From: a virus
IMG/VR virus record: IMGVR_UViG_3300030060_003910
Coordinates: 1-64,000 of that record
Length of the DNA: 64,000 nt
Strand: one strand, 5' to 3'
This document shows positions 9,893 to 17,236 of this stretch, one piece after another. Within the stretch, counting starts at the first letter, position 1. Every line of letters starts with the position of its first letter. A program made the translations under genes and the position numbers. The notes below the pieces were generated by a model. The model was not told the DNA's origin. It worked only from the letters and a program-made list of their open reading frames with translations, and made no database searches.

Positions 9893-10156
9893 TTAGATAA
9901 CCTTAGAGGCTGCCCAAACCTCAAGTTTTTGGACATCTTCGCTTCCAAGCGGGTTTTTCCGTGGAGTTGGGAAACCATGTATTTCACGATAATCGCGCAG
10001 ACCAAAACGACGGTTCAATTTATTGTTCACATATCTTTTCATTTTTTGATACTTATTCCAATGTATGTGGGAATAACCCAAACCGTTCATCTCATTGAGA
10101 CAAAACTCTTCCCCGCTAATTTTGCACACTCCCGTTATGGCTTTTTCTTTGCTCAT
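9893..10156 (-). CDS. Cassette gene, hypothetical (MSKEKAITG..., about 87 aa)
   Basis: ATG at 10156 lies about 25 bp downstream of CCTTAATA in the cassette arm. Confidence 0.6.
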   Translation of the reverse strand: MSKEKAITGVCKISGEEFCLNEMNGLGYSHIHWNKYQKMKRYVNNKLNRRFGLRDYREIHGFPTPRKNPLGSEDVQKLEVWAASKVI

Positions 10157-10271
10157 GTTAAACATTAAATTAATCATTTATTAAGGTTTTATCCAAAGTA
10201 TCAAACCATATGGTTAGGCTTTGCATTAACCCCATATAGGGGCTTCACAGGGGAAAACGCCGTGAAGAGCA

Positions 10272-10787
10272 TCATTCTTCCTCGGAAACCTCCATATCTG
10301 CTTTCACAGGGGTTGGCGTGATTTGAGGAACTCCGTCCTCAACAGCGAGTCCATCCCAACGATTTTCCTTAATGGCCTTGACCATGTAAGAATGCGCCTT
10401 ACTGCGGAAGGAATCAACCAATTCGCTAAAGGAGCCATAAACGCCGCCGGTTCGTCCGTGTGGCACAATAACCGATAGAATCATGTTGTGGTATTCAGTA
10501 GGGATTGCAGCAATAGCACCTGCCACTTTTTCCTCCACAGTCGCCAAAACAAGTTCCTGTTCGTCCGAAAGCGTGGATTCTCGCCCTCGTCGTGCCGCAG
10601 GAAAACCCTCCATAGTAGAGCCAATTGAACGAATAGCCGTCCAATAGGTGCTTCGCAGTTCATCTGTTCCCGCATTATCGCCCAAAGTGAGCGAAAGGAG
10701 AACAGCATTCAAGTTGTCGCTTTTTGGCTGTGTTTCAGCCCAAGCCCGCACTTTGTTTGTGTTCAATGTCCAATTCTTCATCTTCAT
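10272..10787 (-). CDS. Cassette gene, paralog family member 1 (LRSTYWTAIRSIGS / FPAARRGRES / PHGRTGG / RWDG)
   Basis: RBS GAGGTG before ATG 10787; clear similarity to 11410..11916. Confidence 0.8.
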   Translation of the reverse strand: MKMKNWTLNTNKVRAWAETQPKSDNLNAVLLSLTLGDNAGTDELRSTYWTAIRSIGSTMEGFPAARRGRESTLSDEQELVLATVEEKVAGAIAAIPTEYHNMILSVIVPHGRTGGVYGSFSELVDSFRSKAHSYMVKAIKENRWDGLAVEDGVPQITPTPVKADMEVSEEE

Positions 10788-10952
10788 TTTTTTCACCTCT
10801 TTCCTAAAAAAGATACTCCGCGTCGTTTTTCCCCTGTGGAGCAATAACCCACGGAGGTTGGCGTATAAGGTTGTTCCTACGCAAAGCGATTAACAACCAT
10901 ATGGTGTTACTTTGTTAATACCCTAAACAATACGACAAACAAGACATAAGGC

Positions 10953-11201
10953 ATGAACAAAGACAAAGCAAACCACATTATGAACCTTCTCGCAAAAACC
11001 TTTCCAAGCCTTGAACCGTGGCTTACTCGCCAATACATGGATGCCGTTATGAAGGATATGATACTCTATGCCGATGAACCACACGCTATGATTGGATTAG
11101 CGGAGATGGCCGCAAGTATTGAGGCTTTTGCTGATGCTATCGCTGAAGCCTCAATTGAAGAGATGTTTCATATTATGGCCGACATGATGGGGGGTGTTTG
11201 A
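10953..11201 (+). CDS. Cassette gene, Met/Ala-rich hypothetical protein (inverted cassette)
   Basis: 82 aa; in the only + strand cassette; ATG about 26 bp after CCCTAAA in the arm. Confidence 0.6.
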   Translation: MNKDKANHIMNLLAKTFPSLEPWLTRQYMDAVMKDMILYADEPHAMIGLAEMAASIEAFADAIAEASIEEMFHIMADMMGGV

Positions 11202-11363
11202 ATGATTTCCCATTGTCCTACTTGTAGTGCAGAATTGGCTAAAGATGATTTCATGTCTTTCGCTTTCATCTTAGGAGGCGATATTTGCCGTCATTGTCTT
11301 GATGACGGCCCTTCGGGGTCAAAAAAACAAAGCATGACCATATGGTTGTGCTTTGCCAGTTGA
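11202..11363 (+). CDS. Small Zn-finger protein reading through the 11338 site
   Basis: MISHCPTC...ICRHCLDD...MTIWLCFAS, 53 aa, starts right after the previous stop; not in the ORF track. Confidence 0.5.
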   Translation: MISHCPTCSAELAKDDFMSFAFILGGDICRHCLDDGPSGSKKQSMTIWLCFAS

Positions 11364-11409
11364 AAACGAAACCCCACCCGTAGGTGGGGCTGCGAGGGGA
11401 AAACCCGCA

Positions 11410-11916
11410 TCATTCCTCTTCTTGACCTCCTTCAGCCGATTTCACGGCAGGTGGGGTCAATGCTGGGATTTCACCGTTCATGGTTCCATCCCAACGACCT
11501 TCTTTGTAGCCCTTAACGAGAGCGTCATAGGCCTTTTTGCCCATTGACTGAGCCAAAGCCATGATGTCCTCAAATGCGCCACCAGTTCGCCCATGAGGGA
11601 GAATAACGGCGGTAATGAGGTCAGGGTTAGAAATGCCCGCAAAGGCAGTAATAACCGCATTCTTCACAGAAGTCGCATTTAGGTCTACTTCTTCGGGCAA
11701 AGATGATTCTCGGCCTCGGCGGGCGGCTGGGAAATCATCATAAGGACTCCCAATTGAGCGAATTGCTGTCCAATAGGTGGAGCGCAAATCATCGCTATCC
11801 GTTGCATTTCCAAGTGTAATAGACAAAGAAATGGCTTGACCCACTTCTCCCCTATCTTCAAGTTCAAGCCATGCTTGAACCGCATTTGTGTTTTTAATCC
11901 AGTTGTCTTGCTTCAT
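11410..11916 (-). CDS. Cassette gene, paralog family member 2
   Basis: RBS GGAGG before ATG 11916; shares the motif blocks of 10272..10787. Confidence 0.8.
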   Translation of the reverse strand: MKQDNWIKNTNAVQAWLELEDRGEVGQAISLSITLGNATDSDDLRSTYWTAIRSIGSPYDDFPAARRGRESSLPEEVDLNATSVKNAVITAFAGISNPDLITAVILPHGRTGGAFEDIMALAQSMGKKAYDALVKGYKEGRWDGTMNGEIPALTPPAVKSAEGGQEEE

Positions 11917-12101
11917 AATCAATTCCTCCAAAAAGGTTTGATGCGTCCGTTTTCCCCTCGGAGCAACCAATGGCGACCATAGGCGACTATGGTTGCTTTT
12001 TCATTAACACTCGCAAAGCGAAAAGCAACCATATGGTAATGCTTTGTTATTTACCCCAACGCTCCGCTATTAAGGGCATTTGAAGGGGTTATTACACTAT
12101 C

Positions 12102-12218
12102 TCACTCTTCTTCACTCTCCAAATGCGCCATCACGAGGATAGACGCTTCTATCACTAACCCATTCTTATTGCACAGCCTCACAAGGGCTTTAGCCAATTC
12201 GCACCAATCTACCTTCAT
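12102..12218 (-). CDS. Cassette mini-gene (38 aa, MKVDWCELAKAL...ESEEE)
   Basis: Read directly from the sequence; AT-rich box about 25 bp upstream; EEE ending is typical of this genome. Confidence 0.5.
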   Translation of the reverse strand: MKVDWCELAKALVRLCNKNGLVIEASILVMAHLESEEE

Positions 12219-12344
12219 TGTTCTTCCTAAGTGGGTATGCTCTTAATTTATTGATTTAAATCCTTAAAGCCCTAATTTAAATTTTAGCAGGGTATTTATA
12301 ACAAAGCAACAATACCATATGGTTGTTGTTATGCTTTGCAGTAA

Positions 12345-12926
12345 TAAAAACCATAGCGAAGGCTTCACCAAACGGACAGGGAAAAGCCTATGTTGGTTGC
12401 TTTTTGCGCTAATTTGTCCGTTTGGTGTGTGAGTAAAATAAAACGCCGCCTACTCCATACATATCCGACTAACCACGCTACTTTGTTTCCTCTCTCGTAG
12501 TCTTGAATAAATCCCATGGAATAAATTCAAGCGGAGTTTCTTTCACGATTTATTGCGCTGTGTTTCGGCTTTGTTTCACTATGGTTTTATGGCCACTAAT
12601 AGCCATAGGAATGTGAAGGGTGGGATGAAGAATTGGGTATCTCCAAGTATGATGCGATTAGGTCGCACTCATTTTGAACGCTCTAATTGTTCTTAAGAGC
12701 CATACTGCCGACTTCGTGAAGTTGGTTTGTGGCCAACCGCCTTTTGAGCCTTAATCACTTTCACAGGGAACAATTAATCTATGCCACTTGGCCGTCATAA
12801 CTGCTTTGTGTCCCACAACAGGAGAAATCGCACATTACCCCCGTTCAAAGGGCATTGATGTTAATCCCCTCCGGGGGGAGCGACCCCCCGAAGCAATAGA
12901 ACCGAGCGATTATCGCTTATGGTTCT
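12345..12926. ncRNA. Candidate large structured non-coding RNA filling one cassette
   Basis: No ORF of 60 aa or more inside; stems CACCAAACGGACA/TGTCCGTTTGGTG (12367-12427), AAAACCATAGCGAA/TTCACTATGGTTTT, CTTGAAT/ATTCAAG, CCGACTTC/GAAGTTGG, CGGGGGG/CCCCCCG (12872-12890). Confidence 0.55.
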
Positions 12927-13003
12927 CCATGTGCAAAGCAATATAGAACCATATGGTTTTACTTTGGTTAAACCCCTCAGCAATTGCTTCACAGGGGGGA
13001 TAA

Positions 13004-13366
13004 TCACCATTCATCCCTTGGGTTGAAGTAAGTGTGCCTACCTCGCTCATCGGAAGTAAATGAACCTCCCCAACCCATTTCATACGAGCGAGTTCGCATT
13101 TCGGCGTTGTCCTCACGAATGCGCTCATTGATGTCTTTTTGAGTGTAGTGGAACGGCTTGTGTTTCTTGGCGTATTCCTTCCAAATTGGAAGAATTTCAT
13201 CCAAGTCGTCCTTTTCCATCATCTCTTCGGAAACATCAGCAGTTTCCCAAAAGGTTTCGTAGATGGTATCTACGCAGAAGAAATACCTAATTCCTTCCTC
13301 GTTTCTAACCCATCGGTTTTCCCTATCTGTTTTTTCATCAAGCCATTCATAAAATGTTTTTGCCAT
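13004..13366 (-). CDS. Cassette gene, acidic Trp/Glu-rich hypothetical protein
   Basis: 120 aa, RBS GGAGG, CCTTAAG in the upstream arm. Confidence 0.75.
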   Translation of the reverse strand: MAKTFYEWLDEKTDRENRWVRNEEGIRYFFCVDTIYETFWETADVSEEMMEKDDLDEILPIWKEYAKKHKPFHYTQKDINERIREDNAEMRTRSYEMGWGGSFTSDERGRHTYFNPRDEW

Positions 13367-13559
13367 TTTTTAACCTCCAGCGAAAAAATGAGAGTAGTGG
13401 GTGCTTAAGGTATTATTTATTCAAAGTAAATAATACCATATGGTTTGAATAAATCAAAGAGCGCAGAATGTTCTTATTTAGCCATATTCAAACACGCTGA
13501 AACAGGGAGGATTTTCAGCCCCCGAAAATCCGTCAAATTTGACAGGGTGTTTCTCAACT

Positions 13560-14030
13560 GTGGTTATATTAATTCGTATTCATATTCTAATATGAATATT
13601 AGTATTATAGTAAAATAAATGGGTTGTCTCATGGTCGGGAGGGGATGAGATGAGACAACTCACGGAAGAATCATCAAGGTTATGCAACATAAGTAAAAAT
13701 ATATTTCTATTATCTCATTATCTCATCATCTCATCATCATCATCACTACTACTACACAACCCCTTATTTTCTTAGGGGTATGGAGAGAGAAACATTCCCC
13801 TTTTCGGATGAGATGAGATGAGACAACTTATTTTTGCAGGTTTCCGCAAGGTTCTAAGGGGTTGTGTTGCATAACCCCGTTGTCTCAAGATGAGACAACA
13901 GGCGAGACAATCTCATGCAGGGGGGCTTTGAAGTTATTTCAATGGGCGAACTATTGTTGAAAATAAAATCTATTTGATTCAACAACCGAATTAATTTATC
14001 ATTTAAGTTAAAATATAAAGGTGAAAAAAG
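13560..14030. repeat. Iteron-like ATGAGACAAC repeat cluster with AT-rich flanks; candidate origin or genome terminus
   Basis: ATGAGACAAC at 13650, 13818 and 13890; inverted copies at 13623 and 13879; ATGAG/CTCAT tandems; AT-rich tracts near 13565-13620 and 13950-14020; lies at the strand switch. Confidence 0.6.
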
Positions 14031-14103
14031 GGTAGGCAAACTGCTGAGTCATTAAGGAAAAGTTAGTAATTCCCTCAAAGGAAGTGCATTCGGAGGCATT
14101 TCA

Positions 14104-14118
14104 GGACTCCTTTATATA
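14104..14118 (+). promoter_or_regulatory. Archaeal-type promoter GGACTCCTTTATATA
   Basis: TATA box about 50 bp before 14170; identical 15-mer at 22087 and 39732. Confidence 0.75.
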
Positions 14119-14169
14119 CCTCAAGACAACTGTTGAGAATACCCCGCAAAGGGGAAGGAGAGATATAAC

Positions 14170-14646
14170 ATGGATGATACCACATGGGAAAGCCTCGTCA
14201 TTGAGGTGAACGAATACCTAGAAGCCGACACTACGCTTGATGCTGGATTGCGTCAGGTCGTTGAACTGAACCTGCAAATTGGGACAAACAACCCCGATGA
14301 GCGAACTGCCGCCGAAGGTGCGCTTAAAGCACTTTTGAAGGGAAGAGATGGAACCCCGTTCCGCCGAGGCCAAAAGAGCGCAGTTCCAGCCGCAGTTCGT
14401 GTTTCAATTGACCGAATCTGTGGAGTTGTTGAAGAAGCCTCTATTGGCTACTACAACCATGATGCAGTTATTGGTGCAATTACCATGAAGCACATCAAAT
14501 CTGGTGGCGGTGCTTATGATGACGCAGAAGATTACGCTTCTGCTGTTGTTAAGCGAACCCGAAACAATCTTGGCAAAATGTTCAAGAACGGTTCTTGGGA
14601 CGGTAGCGTTGATTCCCTTTTAGGAAACGACGAAACCACGCTTTGA
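14170..14646 (+). CDS. Distant third member of the cassette paralog family
   Basis: PFRRGQKS, HIKSGGGAY and KNGSWDG align with PAARRGRES, HGRTGGAF and KEGRWDG. Confidence 0.7.
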   Translation: MDDTTWESLVIEVNEYLEADTTLDAGLRQVVELNLQIGTNNPDERTAAEGALKALLKGRDGTPFRRGQKSAVPAAVRVSIDRICGVVEEASIGYYNHDAVIGAITMKHIKSGGGAYDDAEDYASAVVKRTRNNLGKMFKNGSWDGSVDSLLGNDETTL

Positions 14647-14739
14647 GATTAAAACCTCAATAAGCAACATCTCAGGTCTATGACCTGAACAACGGGGAAT
14701 AGGGAGCCAAGGCTCCTTATTCTCCCCTTTTCCACACAT

Positions 14740-14795
14740 GGGGGAAGAGAGGCGCATGAAAATGTGGCTTGGGCCAAATCCTCTCTTTCCCCGCC
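14740..14795 (+). ncRNA. tRNA-like small RNA candidate (13-bp terminal stem plus GCC)
   Basis: GGGGGAAGAGAGG/CCTCTCTTTCCCC, internal GAAA tetraloop hairpin, preceded by CACAT. Confidence 0.45.
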
Positions 14796-14808
14796 TTTGG
14801 GTGGTTTA

Positions 14809-15066
14809 ATGCGTTTAGTTGAAGAAGTTTTTGTTAAGGCTAAAGAGGATTTAATCTGCCAGTCTTGCGGTGTTGATATACCAAAAGACAGCAACCATCT
14901 TCTTGAGTCTTATGTTCATCATGGCGTTATTTCAACCAGTCATTACTGTTTAAACCCAAAGTGCAATCCACCTAATAATGTTCGTTTGAAGTTATTTTGG
15001 GGAACAATAGTCATAGGGGCTTCTCTGTGGCTAATCTACTTTTTCTATCAAAACGCAGGGCTTTAG
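14809..15066 (+). CDS. Zn-finger protein with C-terminal transmembrane helix
   Basis: CQSC...HYC...C plus a hydrophobic tail; ATG 14809 preferred over GTG 14764, which lies inside an RNA hairpin. Confidence 0.6.
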   Translation: MRLVEEVFVKAKEDLICQSCGVDIPKDSNHLLESYVHHGVISTSHYCLNPKCNPPNNVRLKLFWGTIVIGASLWLIYFFYQNAGL

Positions 15067-15072
15067 GTCTAT

Positions 15073-15148
15073 TCGCTTAGGCGACCCGTGGCCCCGCAAC
15101 ATATACGCCCTCGGCAGGTGGGGGTATGCTTGAACAGTCGCCAAGCGA
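15073..15148 (+). ncRNA. Structured small RNA candidate
   Basis: Closing stem TCGCTT-A-GGCGAC/GTCGCC-AAGCGA with a GC-rich interior; intergenic. Confidence 0.4.
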
Positions 15149-15207
15149 CTTCATTTCACTTTTACAATTTGAAATGGTGTGGTTTTTCTTCTGTTTAAGT
15201 AATTCAC

Positions 15208-15291
15208 GCTGAGATGGCTGAGTTTGGTTAAAAGCGCAGGGCTTAAACTCCTGTCCATATTGGTTCGCAGGTTCAAATCCTGCTCTCAGCA
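15208..15291 (+). tRNA. trnL: tRNA-Leu (UAA)
   Basis: Acceptor GCTGAGA/TCTCAGC, anticodon loop CTTAAAC, long variable arm, GGTTCAAATCC T-arm; CCA not encoded. Confidence 0.92.
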
Positions 15292-15300
15292 CTTTCACAT

Positions 15301-15365
15301 GGGGAAGGTTGAACAGGGGGCTAAAGAGTAATGACCGCAACGGTGGTTTTGTTCCCTTCCCCGCC
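15301..15365 (+). ncRNA. tRNA-like small RNA candidate (terminal stem plus GCC)
   Basis: GGGGAAGG/CCTTCCCC then GCC; preceded by CACAT; inner stems GAACAGG/TTTGTTC and ACCG/CGGT. Confidence 0.45.
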
Positions 15366-15393
15366 TATTCCACATTTTTAAGAGGTAATAAAA

Positions 15394-16821
15394 ATGAAAC
15401 ATACAAATGAACAAATCGCAATCTTTGATTGCATAGAAAAAACAGAAGACCACCTAATTATTAATGCAGGTGCAGGAACAGGGAAAACGACAACGATTGT
15501 TGAAGCAGCAAATCGTATCAATGGACAGAAAGCCGCATTCTTGGCTTTCAATAAATCTATTGCTACTGAATTAGCAGAAAGACTTCCAACTGGCGTAGAA
15601 GCGAAAACCTTCCACGCATTCGGATTCGCTGCGATTCGTGCGGCTGGCGTTAAAACAAAGGTGAACAACTTTAAGGTCAATAACATCATTAAAGAACTTC
15701 ATGGTGCTGATTTCTATGTCGCTCCACTAAAGAAACTTGTTTCTCTGGTTAAGGGAAGTATGGTTGATGGAACCGACAAAAAAGCAATCAACCAACTGAT
15801 TGATGAATACAATATTAACTTCAATTCTGACCGTGAAGAACGAATTGCAGTAGAATCAATACCTGCAATTCTCACGATGTGCCGAACCCAAACCCATATC
15901 ATTGATTTTGACGACATGATTTGGATGCCCATTGTTAATGGCTATCCTTTCCCAAAATACGATGTTTTGTTTGTTGATGAAGCACAGGATTTCAACGAAG
16001 TGCAACGAGAAATGATTTCTTTGTGCGTCAATGGTGGCCGTTGTATTATTGTTGGTGATAAAAACCAAGCAATTTATGGCTTCCGTGGTGCTGATTCAAA
16101 CTCAATTTCCATGTTCCGACAACGACTTCTCAAGGGTGAGAAAAAAATCAGCGAATTTCCTCTCTCAATTACTTGGCGTTGTCCTAATTCGGTTGTTCGT
16201 GAGGCCAACCGATATGTGCGTGAGTTTAATGCTCCTGATTTTGCCGAAGAAGGCACAGTTATCGTAGATGCTCCGTTCAATCCACAAAGAAATGATATGG
16301 TTCTTTGCCGATACAACGCTCCTTTGGTGTCTGCTTTCTATGATTTGATTTCACAGGGTAAATCGGCGTATGTTCTTGGTCGTGATATGACGAAGGGTTT
16401 AATTACTGCCGTTCAAAAGATTTCTAAGAACAACCACATGGGCGTTGAAGAGTTCACACAGTTATTCCAAAAAGACTTCGCTTACAACTATCAACGACTT
16501 CTTGACCAAAACAAAGAGAATCAAGCGATGGCTCTTGAAGATAAGCGTGATTGTATTATGATTTTCGTCAAGAAAGCAACGACTGTTGGTGGAATCATTG
16601 AAGAGATTAAGCGTGTCTTTGATGGAAATGATAAAGGTGAAATCATGCTTTCAACTGTTCACAAGGCTAAAGGTCTTGAAGCAGACAATGTTTATATTCT
16701 CGCAACTGAGCGAATGCCTCACCCAAATGGAAGTTTGGAAGAGAACAACATTTGCTATGTAGCGATTACACGGGCCAAAAAGAATTTGTTCTATTGTGGC
16801 CCAAAACCAGGAAAAATTTGA
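15394..16821 (+). CDS. UvrD/Rep-like SF1 helicase
   Basis: AGAGTGKT, DEAQD, VGDKNQAIYGFRGA, STVHKAKGLE and YVAITRAK motifs. Confidence 0.92.
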   Translation: MKHTNEQIAIFDCIEKTEDHLIINAGAGTGKTTTIVEAANRINGQKAAFLAFNKSIATELAERLPTGVEAKTFHAFGFAAIRAAGVKTKVNNFKVNNIIKELHGADFYVAPLKKLVSLVKGSMVDGTDKKAINQLIDEYNINFNSDREERIAVESIPAILTMCRTQTHIIDFDDMIWMPIVNGYPFPKYDVLFVDEAQDFNEVQREMISLCVNGGRCIIVGDKNQAIYGFRGADSNSISMFRQRLLKGEKKISEFPLSITWRCPNSVVREANRYVREFNAPDFAEEGTVIVDAPFNPQRNDMVLCRYNAPLVSAFYDLISQGKSAYVLGRDMTKGLITAVQKISKNNHMGVEEFTQLFQKDFAYNYQRLLDQNKENQAMALEDKRDCIMIFVKKATTVGGIIEEIKRVFDGNDKGEIMLSTVHKAKGLEADNVYILATERMPHPNGSLEENNICYVAITRAKKNLFYCGPKPGKI

Positions 16822-16830
16822 GGTGGAAAA

Positions 16831-17043
16831 ATGGAATATGCAGAATTTATGAAAATTACAGATAGATGGTCAGACAACGACACAGTTTGTTTCTTGATGG
16901 AATATCCATTGTGGAATAAACTAATTATACGTTTTATTGCGAATATTTGGCATGATGGCGTTATTGAGGCAGAACATATTGAAGGGTATGCTAATGATAA
17001 CAATATCATGGAACACACGGATTTGCCGGAGGTGGAAGAATGA
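16831..17043 (+). CDS. Hypothetical protein
   Basis: 70 aa, RBS GAGGTG. Confidence 0.55.
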   Translation: MEYAEFMKITDRWSDNDTVCFLMEYPLWNKLIIRFIANIWHDGVIEAEHIEGYANDNNIMEHTDLPEVEE

Positions 17044-17236
17044 TTACACGAATGCATTGTCGTCATGTTGATTATGAACTAACAGCAGAAGATTTAGAAT
17101 TGAATGAATTTTACAACATTATCCATCAACACTTTATTTGTTTGGATTGTGGTGCAATTGGTGAGCGAACCTATCGTATTCCAAATGAAATCACTTGGAA
17201 TGGTAATCAAGACACCCTGCCTTTGGAGGAATAAAT

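Larger units (their letters stand above)
9175..13444. repeat. Array of ten CCATATGG-centred double-hairpin sites delimiting gene/ncRNA cassettes
   Basis: Cores at 9180, 9375, 9829, 10206, 10897, 11338, 12029, 12315, 12949 and 13436 (9 of 10 are ACCATATGGT); all 16 inward arms from 9375 to 13436 read GGT-N-RCTTTG-N-ACC. Confidence 0.92.

Noticed and set aside
9175-13444. CRISPR array interpretation of the regularly recurring palindrome
   Set aside because: Intervals are 195-691 bp and contain genes; only short cores are identical; no cas operon is present.
9175-13444. Canonical integron (attC) array
   Set aside because: No RYYYAAC/GTTRRRY cores and no tyrosine integrase in the window, and the cassettes carry their own promoters; kept only as an analogy.
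13854-14039. 61-aa ORF in the origin-like region
   Set aside because: It overlaps the iteron-like repeats and AT-rich tract, has no convincing start context, and is better explained as non-coding.
14740-15365. Additional true tRNA genes at 14740 and 15301
   Set aside because: No TTC T-loop, D-arm or 7-nt anticodon loop; reported as tRNA-like RNAs instead.
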